NCBI GenBank assembly: GCA_000002445.1
Contig: CP000071.1
Coordinates: forward strand, 1,600,001-1,664,000
Direction of reading: 5' to 3'
Source of the DNA: Trypanosoma brucei
Taxonomy: Eukaryota
Length of the DNA: 64,000 nucleotides
The notes below the pieces were generated by a model that worked only from the letters and a program-made list of their open reading frames with translations, searched no databases and was not told the origin of the DNA. Positions 8,820 through 20,009 of this stretch are shown one piece after another. How positions within the stretch are numbered: the stretch's first letter is position 1; each line of letters opens with the position of its first letter. Position numbers and translations under genes: made by a program.

Positions 8820-11800
8820 TGAACGCATATACCTCCGTACAAAAAGAGACACTTAAATAACAAACTTCTACGAATGATTCCAAGAGATCAAGTACAGGGG
8901 GCGGGAACAAAACATAAAAAACAAAGATACAGACTTCACTTTCACCGTGCATATAAAACCTCGCGTTGTACATAACTCAAACATTCTATATGATGGTTAT
9001 GCACGGATTTAACGACCACACACGATAAAAGGAATGGGAGGAGGCGCTGCACCACTTTCATCAATACGAGAAGAATACAGTACATCTGCAACACCACAAA
9101 TTCATTAAGCTAGCTTACTACCATATAGGGCGTTGCGATCTTCCTCTAGTCGACACCTTTTATCATTGAAAAAATAAAATAAACAGCCTTTTAAGTGCTA
9201 AAATGCGGCTAAACTAAGTGAATAAATAATCCTGATGACGACCCACTTCCTCCAAAAAAGAAAAAAAGAACATAATACTCGTAGTGGAAAATGGGCCCAC
9301 GCCCTTTGTTACATAGAATTGCTTGCGCACAATGTACGTACGCCCCTTGTCGTTTCTCAGTTAAACAAGAAAACAAAGAAAAGGGTCACTCACAGGAACA
9401 TACATGTGTAAGTGTATGCTGTCCTACGCGGACGCTGACTGAACTGGATGCGTCTAATGTTACAGAAACAATGAAACCCGCAACATGATACAGAATGCCT
9501 CCCCGCCGTTCAGCACACGCTGAGCACCCACTATTTCTCTATCTTAAAGGCCAGTCTCGCCCGCGAGCAACGGGCCGCTCTCCTTACCCGAAAAATGCCC
9601 AAAAGGCTCCCGCTTGAACAAATCACTTTCCTAGCATCAACACGTCGATTAAATGCTGTCAACAGACAAAACACCCAACGGCTACATCTTTAATTATTGC
9701 GTTGATCCTTCCTTCCTTGATGCATCGAAGGACAACCCTTAACGAAGCCTCTTTACAGACAACCCAACGGCAGCAGGCAGAGACACATACGACTCCGCAT
9801 CGAGGGACAGCGGCGTAGGGAAGAGGGGAGGAAATGAACACTTCAAGGTGCTGTCCGCGGAGGCGACGGGCCGTGGATTGTTGGGAAGATGTTTCAGGGA
9901 AACTCTTACACTGGCACTACATGGCGTGCTTAGACGCGGAAGCAGACATCTGAAGGTTTCGAGAGCTATTACCCTCCAAAAAAGTGAGATCCCGTGACTC
10001 CTGTGGCGAACGTGACGAAGCCGCGGGGGGTCGGATGGCAAACCCCTGCGGATGTGACTACAGAGCTGCAGAATACATCGTGCGGCACGAAGTCCGCAAC
10101 CGATGCCACTGGAAAAACACACCCTCCCCCCTACTACCAGACCCAACTGGCATTTGTCACGAGGCGGTGCAGGGGTTGCGGCTCTCTCCCCCCCCCTATG
10201 ACTGGCTTAAGCAGAAAATGAACGCTGAGATGACAAGAACATGGCCACGACGGATTAGAAAAGCACATACGGGTGGTTGCAACGGTTTTTCCGCGTGTGG
10301 TAATGTCCTTTGACCTCCGGCCGCAGCCCGCACTGCGTTTCATTCCCCGAAGGTTGCCTACTCGCGTTCTTTCGCAGGGTGTGGGGTGTCGCCCGGTCCC
10401 TGCTTGAGATTGCGTCGGTGGGACCGGGGGCCCCCCCGCTGCCCCGTATTTGGGGGAATGGGTGGGTTTTCGTAGTGTGCTTCGTGGTTCGGGCATTCAG
10501 TCGTCGCATTTTCCTCTTTTGAAGTTCCAAGTTGCCTCTGTCTTCGGCTTTGTATCGTTGGTGGCGTAAGTGACTAGGATTGCATGATGGATTGGATGGT
10601 TTGGCTTTTCCCCTTGGGTTGTTTCGCGTAATATTTGTACAGAGGTAAGTACATTTAACTTTTACTATAGAACACCTATTGAGCTAACGGGAAGGACGCT
10701 GCATATCTATATCCTTTAGCGTAGGAGGGGAATCTTGCGAGGATGTTCGGCGTCGTGTAAACAGTAGTGGCTGTGATGTCGTTTTTGCCTCCCCCCTTTT
10801 TTACCGCTTGCGTGCATATACGAGGAATTGTCTTTTTTTCCCCACTGTACACTACTTCGTGGCTGACGCCAGAGTTAAAGTTTGAAGGCCTCGCAACGTA
10901 TTTCCCTCGCTTTTGTGAGTCTGCGGTAAATGTATGTGGTGCGCAGAACAGCGGGTGACAGTCTTTTGCTGTGGTGCGTTGGCCCATTCAAAGTAATGCC
11001 GCATGGCTTCACGCTTTACGTACTGCTAAATCACACCCAGTTTGCCTCGAATTCATTGTCAACATGCCGTTTTCCGTTGTTAGCCTCGTATTTTGGCGCT
11101 CGAGTTTGTTACTCAGTGTCTTTAGGTAGCGTAGTGGAGGTGAAGGCATGAAAGAGTGCAAGCGCGAACTATTTTGTAATTTGGTCCTGCCTTGTTTACA
11201 CGGAGGTGTCGGTTTTTTTTTTTTTTGATGACTCACGGTACTGGCTGGTGTTGGTGGGTGTGGATGTTATCACTTCATTTTTTTTTTTAAAGACCCCATC
11301 TGCCACTACTGGATGGGCAGCCTCGTGCCTTTCTCGACCGTTGATGCTTCTAAGTGCCTTGTAGACTCACCGGAGTAGTTTGTTGGTTATGGCACTTTGA
11401 GCATATTTGTTACCCTGTTCGCCGGTGGCCCAGTTCCCTCATTGGTGTTGTTTTACCCAATACTTATATCTCTATGATTCTTGTAGGTGCGTTGTGTTTT
11501 CAATCTTTTTCGTATGTGGTTAACGTTACTCCTGTTTGTCCTCTGTCCGTCCTTCTGTGCTACAGACACTTTCCGCATGCGCTACGCTGCTATTTTCTTT
11601 TGTTCGGAAAATTTGCATCTACTCTGGTTAATTTTTTGATATAGTGCGATGGGGTTGCGCCACCACATTGGGATATTGCTTCGTAAGCGTTGGATTTGGT
11701 ATTCTTGAAGTACTAGACGATGTGTCATGTGTTTGCCTGATGCAGTGCTGCGTTGTATTCTCGGTTCAGTCGACAGGTATTGAGTCTCTCAGTGACGTAT

Positions 11801-13080
11801 TTGAAAATAGGGTCATTGTAAGCGGTCTTTCATTTTGTTGGATGAGGGAGTGAGCGGGTTTAGAGTATATTTGTTTCCTGCGATACTTTCAGTGGTGGGG
11901 CCCTTCAACACTCTGATGACGCTGTCCGCTTTGGTGGACGAGGATCATGTACGCTCCTGGTTCAGGCATCTTTTACCCATCAAATGATTGTACCGTCATT
12001 GCTGGGGGAATCGGGAATGAAGACGGTTTCTCTTGATATCAACAGTATGTTTTGTCTTAATTTTATTTCTCTGCCGCGGTTGGTTGTGAAGTTGTCTCGT
12101 TTTGCTTCCCACTGGGTTTCAGCCATCAACATTTTCTGGTCGTCCGCTACTGCAGTTACTCAACTGAGTTAAAACCATCTCGCTCAGCGATGTTGGACTG
12201 CGAGTGATTACTCTTTGAGGTCCTGCATGATCTAACCTTCGGAAATAGCTTTATTGACTTGTTCATTCAAACGTTTGCATAGCTATAGCAGATAAGTGTC
12301 TGACACTTCAGTGAGCATCACGAAATCGCTTACCGCACAACCAGGGAGGAGATTGTTGAATAACTGTACCAGTCAATACCAATGGCAATACTGCCGATTA
12401 CACATAGCTATATTATACCGTATAAATTAGTACAAAAGAAGGTGAAATCATAATTAATCATTATACTAAATATGATTATAAGAAAGTGCTTCTGCTGGAG
12501 ACACATCTAGAGAGAAGGCTCGTGACCTTCATCATCACCACCCTGAGAATTTGCGTTTCAAGGGCCACACACTTTGTGAAACAACGATAAACAATGACAC
12601 CAACAAACTCAAAAAAACCAACAAATCAAAAATAGTACAAAAAACAAATAGACGCGCACAGAAAGTGAAAAAACATCAACATTTCAGCAATCAAAAATTT
12701 GTGCAATTCAAAAATACAAATAAAAGCAAGGCGAAGGAAAAAACAACTGGTTAACAACGAAATAGTATCATAGTATAGTCACTCCACACAATGACTGTAC
12801 TTAAAAACAGAAAAAAATGATAATAAGCAAAAAAAGCAAAGAAAATATCGCCAGCACTAAGAGGATCAAAAAAAAAAAACCGACGTCCTCCACACCGACG
12901 ACCAAATTTATATACAAGACATTGCCATCTTATGTGCATATCAGGGAGAAAATATCAACAAAACAACAAAAATTATATAAGAAAACACATTTATTATAAC
13001 AATTATTTAAAAAAATTATATAAAACATTCAAAATACAACAGTTACTACGACAAAGGGTTAAAACGTTACTCTTCGCTAC

Positions 13081-13113
13081 CTCTCCTATGTTCACGCTGT
13101 TCCATTTTTGTAG
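13081..13113 (+). promoter_or_regulatory. Polypyrimidine tract plus AG, the predicted spliced-leader acceptor for calflagin; the same element recurs upstream of every array copy
   Basis: ctctcctatgttcacgctgttccatttttgtAG sits 36 nt upstream of the ATG. The identical element is found at ~17325..17357, ~18917..18949 and ~19942..19974. Confidence 0.4.
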
Positions 13114-13149
13114 AAGTTAATCAAGCAAAGCCAAGTAAAATAAACAACG

Positions 13150-13806
13150 ATGGGTTGCTCAGGATCGAAGAATACAACGAACTCCAAGGATGGTGCCGCC
13201 AGTAAGGGTGGAAAGGACGGGAAAACTACTGCGGACCGGAAGGTTGCGTGGGAGCGTATTCGGTGTGCGATTCCCCGTGACAAGGATGCTGAGTCGAAAA
13301 GCCGTCGCATTGAACTCTTCAAGCAGTTTGACACGAACGGGACTGGAAAACTCGGCTTCAGGGAGGTGCTTGATGGTTGCTACAGTGTACTCAAGTTGGA
13401 TGAGTTCACGACTCACCTTCCTGACATTGTCCAGCGTGCGTTTGACAAAGCGAAGGACCTCGGCAACAAGGTAAAGGGTGTGGGTGAAGAGGATCTTGTG
13501 GAGTTCCTTGAATTCCGCCTGATGCTTTGCTACATCTATGATATCTTTGAGTTGACTGTAATGTTCGACACCATGGATAAGGATGGAAGTTTGTTGCTTG
13601 AGCTACAGGAGTTCAAGGAAGCCTTGCCGAAATTGAAGGAGTGGGGTGTTGATATCACTGACGCTACCACTGTGTTTAATGAGATCGACACTAATGGATC
13701 TGGTGTTGTGACATTCGATGAATTCTCATGCTGGGCTGTCACTAAAAAGTTGCAGGTATGTGGCGATCCTGATGGTGAGGAGAACGGAGCAAATGAAGGT
13801 AATTGA
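13150..13806 (+). CDS. Tb-17: Calflagin (flagellar calcium-binding protein, EF-hand, 218 aa; Tb-17-type), solo copy
   Basis: Begins at an ATG. N-terminus MGCSGSK (Gly2 myristoylation and Cys3 palmitoylation signal). Three canonical EF-hand loops ([36 protein letters not shown]). Near-identical to the array copies. The Tb-17 versus Tb-24 size assignment is from memory of the family nomenclature. Confidence 0.93.
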   Translation: MGCSGSKNTTNSKDGAASKGGKDGKTTADRKVAWERIRCAIPRDKDAESKSRRIELFKQFDTNGTGKLGFREVLDGCYSVLKLDEFTTHLPDIVQRAFDKAKDLGNKVKGVGEEDLVEFLEFRLMLCYIYDIFELTVMFDTMDKDGSLLLELQEFKEALPKLKEWGVDITDATTVFNEIDTNGSGVVTFDEFSCWAVTKKLQVCGDPDGEENGANEGN

Positions 13807-14772
13807 AAGCAGAAGGCATTACTGATGGGTTCTGCTTTATGTAATAGAAACCGATGCCAAGCGGGCGTGTGGGGTCAATGCCTTAGCCTCGCTTCCTTGA
13901 TCATATATATCCTGATCATATATTCCCTTAATTTTTTCGTCCTTGTTGACCTCTTTGTTTTCCTTTTCTTTTAATGTTTGTCTTCCTGTGTTTTGCATAA
14001 CTATCTTAGCCACTGTCCGCTACAGATCTATCTCTGCGAACACATGTGAATATGCGTCTGTATTTTCCGGCTGCTTCTTGCGCTGCCACGCTGCATCTCT
14101 GTTGCTGCCGTTGTGATCATGCTGCTTCGTTTTTGTGGGTGCTGTGAAAAAAGATAGTGGTTGTGAAGAGTTATGCTTTTTGTCTTTTGTTTATTATGTG
14201 TGTTGAATTTTTTTTGTGATGAGCGGGTGATATAGAGGGGGTTCCTGTTTCTTCCTTCTCTTTTTTTTTTTTGAGTATCAGTTGGGGTTAATTTCATCCT
14301 CGCATATGTCACAAATGTTTTGAATGCCGCTGTTCGCTTGTTAGGTGTTTTGTGTTGTGAGACGGGTACTTGTTGCTTTTTTCCGATATTATTTTGTAGG
14401 TCATACGTTTTTTTTATATATCTACTATTGAAAACGTTTGTCTTCAAGTGTGTATTTTTTTAATTTTTCAAAAAATATATTTTTGTATTTGTTTTTGTGG
14501 TGGCGGATAGTTGTTTATTTTTCTATGTTTTTTTAATTTTGTTGTGCCGTTTCATTCCTTTTTTTCGGTTATGAAATCTTTCGTAGAATCAGTACGCGTT
14601 GCAGGTGTGTGCGCAAAATCACAAACTGAGGTTAGCGTATCGGCCCACACTAATTTGATTGTTACATCGAAATCACTCTCGTTGAAGGCGTCTCTAGTGG
14701 TGTTGTTCACAGTCTGCTTAAACGGGTTGTTGCTCCCAATCGCGTGTTGATACGTCTGGTGACGGTGGGAAG

Positions 14773-16239
14773 ATGAGAGAGCCGATACAAACTTCAACAC
14801 CGGTGTCTACGGGTGAAACGGATCCAGCGGTCGTAGCTGCTGAACACGCCAACCCGTCTGTCTTTTCTGTACCGGTGGTAGCGCATGACGTTGCACCAGA
14901 TGCTGTCACTGCCTCGACAGCGGTGACCGATGTGAACGTGGAGGTGCAAAGCGGTGGAACGAAGGATATAACTGTAAGTTCTAGCCCCCGGAAGGAGGCC
15001 GGAGTAATTCCTGAAAACACCAACATCTACAAGACCGCCTTCCATATATTCAAGGCGAACGTTGGCACTGCGGTGTTTTTGCTTCCAGTTTTCTACCAAG
15101 ATGCAGGGTACATACTCGGACCCACCATTGCGGTGCTCATTGGCGTCTGTGTTATTGACGCCTCCCAGTTGCTGCTTGGAACGAAGCTGACCATTGACCG
15201 ACCCCGTGTTGACACGTACGGTAGGATATGTAAATTTATTTTCGGGCCACCACTGCAGTGGGTTCTCTTTGTTTGCCTACTTCTCAGCCAGTTTGGTTTT
15301 TGTTTACTATACATGCAACTAACGGTCGATACGATGAATACAATGGTGCAGTTTAAGGGGGACACATACGTGTGGTCATTTGTCATGTTTTTCATTGAGT
15401 TTGGTTTCACGTGCTTTTCGAGTAACTTCTCAACTTTGGCTATTATTTCCATATCGGCATCGGTGGCGGTGACATTCACTCTCGTTGCAACCTTCGTGGG
15501 AACCTGCATGGAGATAAACAAGAACGGTAGGGTGCACCCAACTGTCAACGCATTTGGCAATAATATCCCCATTGGCTGGTTTAACAATATGGCGAGTAAC
15601 CTGATGGGACTTGAGGGAATTGCGATCGTCCTTCCTGCACACACCGGATGCAATCAGAAGACGAGGTTTAAGTTCACATTGTCGCTGGTTCTCACACTAA
15701 CCGTTTCGATTTACTTGCTTTATGGTATCACAGGGTACCTTGCATACGGAACGTCAATCAATACGAGCATTATTGACGGGCTTCCCGAGAGCCAATTGTC
15801 AACCGCTGTGCGTGCTATGTTAGTTATAAATTTGGTGTGCACATACCCCGTGCAGTTCCAATCGGCCATACAGGCCGTAGACCAGGTCGTGGGGTGCAGT
15901 GCTTTTTCGGTAAAGGGGATCCTTCTCCGGTTGTTTATTAACCTGGTTATTGTTAGTATTGAACTCGCTGTTGGCCCGAAAGCGGTGCACGCTGTCGTGA
16001 GCCTGATTGGTGCTTTACCGGCGGCTGTCATGGTTTTTATTCTACCAGCGTTGCTCACTATGCAGGTTGACCATGCTGTAATGAATCCCGAAGAGGATCG
16101 TGTGACGTTGAAGTACTGGGGAAGCATGTTTACGGCAGCACCAGTGTTTTCTTGGACACGCATTCGTTGTTACTTCTACATTATCTTTGGTTTAATTGTC
16201 ATGGTAATGGGCACCTACAGCGTCATTGCTGAACTCTGA
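14773..16239 (+). CDS. Amino acid transporter (AAAP / Aa_trans family), 488 aa, ~11 predicted TM segments
   Basis: ATG start. A hydrophilic N-terminus is followed by …FKANVGTAVFLLPVFYQDAGYILGPTIAVLIGVCVIDASQLLLG…, typical of the kinetoplastid AAT family. It is interposed between the solo calflagin and the array. Confidence 0.85.
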   Translation: MREPIQTSTPVSTGETDPAVVAAEHANPSVFSVPVVAHDVAPDAVTASTAVTDVNVEVQSGGTKDITVSSSPRKEAGVIPENTNIYKTAFHIFKANVGTAVFLLPVFYQDAGYILGPTIAVLIGVCVIDASQLLLGTKLTIDRPRVDTYGRICKFIFGPPLQWVLFVCLLLSQFGFCLLYMQLTVDTMNTMVQFKGDTYVWSFVMFFIEFGFTCFSSNFSTLAIISISASVAVTFTLVATFVGTCMEINKNGRVHPTVNAFGNNIPIGWFNNMASNLMGLEGIAIVLPAHTGCNQKTRFKFTLSLVLTLTVSIYLLYGITGYLAYGTSINTSIIDGLPESQLSTAVRAMLVINLVCTYPVQFQSAIQAVDQVVGCSAFSVKGILLRLFINLVIVSIELAVGPKAVHAVVSLIGALPAAVMVFILPALLTMQVDHAVMNPEEDRVTLKYWGSMFTAAPVFSWTRIRCYFYIIFGLIVMVMGTYSVIAEL

Positions 16240-17392
16240 GGCGTGGTGCCTCCGAGCTGTGGTGTGCCGCCATCACTGGATTTTAAAAATTTACGGTACC
16301 GTCGTCATGTACGCTTCGTATTCTATTTTATTGTGCTTTTAGACATTACAACGATTATTCCTTAACACACAAGCTTACGGTTGCTGGGGTTGGCCCCGCA
16401 TGCGGTACGTTAGCTGTGAGCACTTTTATTCCAATACGTACTATCCAGCGAGGCGCCGCTGGGTCGATCTTTTCCCCCTTTGTTCGCAGGGATTTTTTAA
16501 TAACCACCAAAACGTTTATTTTTCTCGTAAGCACAAACATATGATCATTTAACTAGGAACGAATTTTCTACGTGAACAACATAATAAATCATGTGTTCGC
16601 CCTCCCCGCTGATCTTCCATCATTAGATGTGCTCACCCTCTCGCATGGAGGCAGGCACTCTAGGTCCAAGGATGATCCCTTGAGATTACACTTCATCAAT
16701 TCCACTATAAAATTCTTTTCACTTTTCAATCACAAGAGCTCTCACCTAGTTGCGTCGTATGTTCATGTCTCCCTGTCTGGGGTGGTCTGTCTGCAGTGTT
16801 TAGAAAACCCAAAACTGTGTCTTTGGAGTCATTATAGGTCGGCATCCACGCCGGGTCGCAGGTGTTGAGCTCTGCCAGTGGGAGAATGGCTGCCCGTGTT
16901 GAGTATAGGCTGAGTGTCTTTACCTCAACCGGTTTCCCCTCTGCTCGTGGTCATCTTTGATCAGACTCCACCTCACTCCCGGAGCGGGGTCAAGATTGTA
17001 ACTCCATCACACTCCCTTCGCTGTCACTCATATTGTTTCCTCCCATCGGTTGTCATTGACCGGATAAGTTGTTGCTTGGTTCGCCCGTGACGTTGTTGGG
17101 CGGAGGCGCTTTCGATACACTTCTTGCCATCGCATATGAACCCGCTCGTTGCTGTAAGCTGTGCAGAGCCGTGTTGGCCACCGTCTCATCGATCCACTGG
17201 GAAATGCAACTACGATGAACGATCTTTGTATTATCAGTGAATTTCGCAAAGACTGTAGCACAATGTAGAATCCGTGTGTATTTTCCAGCTGCTGCTTGCG
17301 CTGCCACGCAGCATCTTCACTGCCTATGCTATGTTCACGCTGTTCCATTTTTGTAGAAGTTAATCAAGCAAAGCCAAGTAAAATAAACAAAG

Positions 17393-18616
17393 ATGGGTTG
17401 CTCTGCATCGAAGGATACAACGAACTCCAAGGATGGTGCCGCCAGTAAGGGTGGAAAGGACGGGAAAACTACTGCGGACCGGAAGGTTGCGTGGGAGCGT
17501 ATTCGGTGTGCGATTCCCCGTGACAAGGATGCTGAGTCGAAAAGCCGTCGCATTGAACTCTTCAAGCGGTTTGACACGAATGGGACTGGAAAACTTTCAT
17601 TCAGGGAGGTGCTTGATGGTTGCTACAGTATACTCAAGTTGGATGAGTTCACGACTCACCTTCCCGGCATTGTCCAGCGTGCGTTTGACAAAGCGAAGGA
17701 CCTCGGCAACAAGGTAAAGGGTGTGGGTGAAGAGGATCTTGTGGAGTTCCTTGAATTCCGCCTGATGCTTTGCTACATCTATGATATCTTTGAGTTGACT
17801 GTAATGTTCGACACCATGGATAAGGATGGAAGTTTGTTGATTGAGCTACAGGAGTTCAAGGAAGCCTTGCCGAAATTGAAGGAGTGGGGTGTTGATATCA
17901 CTGACGCTACCACTGTGTTTAATGAGATCGACACTAATGGATCTGGTGTTGTGACATTCGATGAATTCTCATGCTGGGCTGTCACTAAAAAGTTGCAGGT
18001 ATGTGGCGATCCCGATGGTGAGGGTGCTGCTAAAACTACTGCGGACCGGAAGGTTGCGTGGGAGCGTATTCGGTGTGCGATTCCCCGTGACAAGGATGCT
18101 GAGTCGAAAAGCCGTCGCATTGAACTCTTCAAGCAGTTTGACACGAACGGGACTGGAAAACTCGGCTTCAGGGAGGTGCTTGATGGTTGCTACAGTGTAC
18201 TCAAGTTGGATGAGTTCACGACTCACCTTCCTGACATTGTCCAGCGTGCGTTTGACAAAGCGAAGGACCTCGGCAACAGGGTAAAGGGTGTGGGTGAAGA
18301 GGATCTTGTGGAGTTCCTTGAATTCCGCCTGATGCTTTGCTACATCTATGATATCTTTGAGTTGACTGTAATGTTCGACACCATGGATAAGGATGGAAGT
18401 TTGTTGCTTGAGCTACAGGAGTTCAAGGAAGCCTTGCCGAAATTGAAGGAGTGGGGTGTTGATATCACTGACGCTACCACTGTGTTTAATGAGATCGACA
18501 CTAATGGATCTGGTGTTGTGACATTCGATGAATTCTCATGCTGGGCTGTCACTAAAAAGTTGCAGGTATGTGGCGATCCTGATGGTGAGGAGAACGGAGC
18601 AAATGAAGGTAATTGA
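17393..18616 (+). CDS. Tb-44: Calflagin Tb-44: in-frame fusion of two calflagin units (407 aa, 6 EF-hands)
   Basis: First half [10 protein letters not shown]…VCGDPDGEG is joined at ~18019..18031 to [13 protein letters not shown]… of a second unit. The second half lacks the [25 protein letters not shown] acylation N-terminus and ends with the normal …[10 protein letters not shown] stop. Confidence 0.93.
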   Translation: MGCSASKDTTNSKDGAASKGGKDGKTTADRKVAWERIRCAIPRDKDAESKSRRIELFKRFDTNGTGKLSFREVLDGCYSILKLDEFTTHLPGIVQRAFDKAKDLGNKVKGVGEEDLVEFLEFRLMLCYIYDIFELTVMFDTMDKDGSLLIELQEFKEALPKLKEWGVDITDATTVFNEIDTNGSGVVTFDEFSCWAVTKKLQVCGDPDGEGAAKTTADRKVAWERIRCAIPRDKDAESKSRRIELFKQFDTNGTGKLGFREVLDGCYSVLKLDEFTTHLPDIVQRAFDKAKDLGNRVKGVGEEDLVEFLEFRLMLCYIYDIFELTVMFDTMDKDGSLLLELQEFKEALPKLKEWGVDITDATTVFNEIDTNGSGVVTFDEFSCWAVTKKLQVCGDPDGEENGANEGN

Positions 18617-18984
18617 AAGCAGAAGGCATTACTGATGGGTTCTGCTTTATGTAATAGAAACCGATGCCAAGCGGGCGTGTGGGGTCAATGCCTTAGCCTC
18701 GCTTCCTTGATCATATATATCCTGATCATATATTCCCTTAATTTTTTCGTCCTTGTTGACCTCTTTGTTTTCCTTTTCTTTTAATGTTTGTCTTCCTGTG
18801 TTTTGCATAACTATCTTAGCCACTGTCCGCTACAGATCTATCTCTGCGAACACATGTGAATATGCGTCTGTATTTTCCAGCTGCTGCTTGCGCTGCCACG
18901 CTGCATCTCTGTTGCTGCCGTTGTGATCATGCTGTTCCATTTTTGTAGAAGTTAATCAAGCAAAGCCAAGTAAAATAAACAACG

Positions 18985-19641
18985 ATGGGTTGCTCAGGAT
19001 CGAAGAACGCATCTAACCCCAAGGATGGTGCCGCCAGTAAGGGTGGAAAGGACGGGAAAACTACTGCGGACCGGAAGGTTGCGTGGGAGCGTATTCGGTG
19101 TGCGATTCCCCGTGACAAGGATGCTGAGTCGAAAAGCCGTCGCATTGAACTCTTCAAGCGGTTTGACACGAATGGGACTGGAAAACTCGGCTTCAGGGAG
19201 GTGCTTGATGGTTGCTACAGTGTACTCAAGTTGGATGAGTTCACGACTCACCTTCCTGACATTGTCCAGCGTGCGTTTGACAAAGCGAAGGACCTCGGCA
19301 ACAAGGTAAAGGGTGTGGGTGAAGAGGATCTTGTGGAGTTCCTTGAATTCCGCCTGATGCTTTGCTACATCTATGATATCTTTGAGTTGACTGTAATGTT
19401 CGACACCATGGATAAGGATGGAAGTTTGTTGCTTGAGCTACAGGAGTTCAAGGAAGCCTTGCCGAAATTGAAGGAGTGGGGTGTTGATATCACTGACGCT
19501 ACCACTGTGTTTAATGAGATCGACACTAATGGATCTGGTGTTGTGACATTCGATGAATTCTCATGCTGGGCTGTCACTAAAAAGTTGCAGGTATGTGGCG
19601 ATCCTGATGGTGAGGAGAACGGAGCAAATGAAGGTAATTGA
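18985..19641 (+). CDS. Tb-17: Calflagin (218 aa; Tb-17-type) array copy
   Basis: ATG start. [16 protein letters not shown]-terminus. Otherwise identical apart from a few substitutions to 13150..13806. Confidence 0.93.
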   Translation: MGCSGSKNASNPKDGAASKGGKDGKTTADRKVAWERIRCAIPRDKDAESKSRRIELFKRFDTNGTGKLGFREVLDGCYSVLKLDEFTTHLPDIVQRAFDKAKDLGNKVKGVGEEDLVEFLEFRLMLCYIYDIFELTVMFDTMDKDGSLLLELQEFKEALPKLKEWGVDITDATTVFNEIDTNGSGVVTFDEFSCWAVTKKLQVCGDPDGEENGANEGN

Positions 19642-20009
19642 AAGCAGAAGGCATTACTGATGGGTTCTGCTTTATGTAATAGAAACCGATGCCAAGCGGG
19701 CGTGTGGGGTCAATGCCTTAGCCTCGCTTCCTTGATCATATATATCCTGATCATATATTCCCTTAATTTTTTCGTCCTTGTTGACCTCTTTGTTTTCCTT
19801 TTCTTTTAATGTTTGTCTTCCTGTGTTTTGCATAACTATCTTAGCCACTGTCCGCTACAGATCTATCTCTGCGAACACATGTGAATATGCGTCTGTATTT
19901 TCCGGCTGCTTCTTGCGCTGCCACGCTGCATCTCTGTTGCTGCCGTTGTGATCATGCTGTTCCATTTTTGTAGAAGTTAATCAAGCAAAGCCAAGTAAAA
20001 TAAACAACG

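Larger units (their letters stand above)
8340..13149. promoter_or_regulatory. Divergent strand-switch region between two polycistronic transcription units (candidate Pol II transcription start zone)
   Basis: All credible genes to the left are on the minus strand and all to the right on the plus strand. There is no convincing ORF inside (only short composition-driven ORFs). It contains a G13 run (8807..8819) and a GC-rich core ~9800..10560. The left flank is C/A-rich on the plus strand (GT-rich on the sense strand of the leftward unit). The right part (10500..12200) is GT-rich on the plus strand (sense for the rightward unit). Confidence 0.5.
13081..14118 (+). repeat. Solo calflagin unit (5' flank + CDS + ~310 bp of 3' flank) homologous to the tandem array units
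   Basis: The sequence 13807..~14118 equals 18617..~18928 and 19642..~19953. Homology to the array ends after gtgatcatgctg, where the array units continue into the next unit's 5' flank and this copy diverges. Confidence 0.85.

Noticed and set aside
9739-10530. ORFs of 91-135 aa on both strands in the GC-rich core of the strand-switch region
   Set aside because: They are composition-driven (Arg/Pro/Gly/Cys-rich) and overlap one another on opposite strands, with no protein-like periodicity.
15093-16163. 186-aa and 147-aa minus-strand ORFs
   Set aside because: Antisense to the amino-acid transporter CDS.
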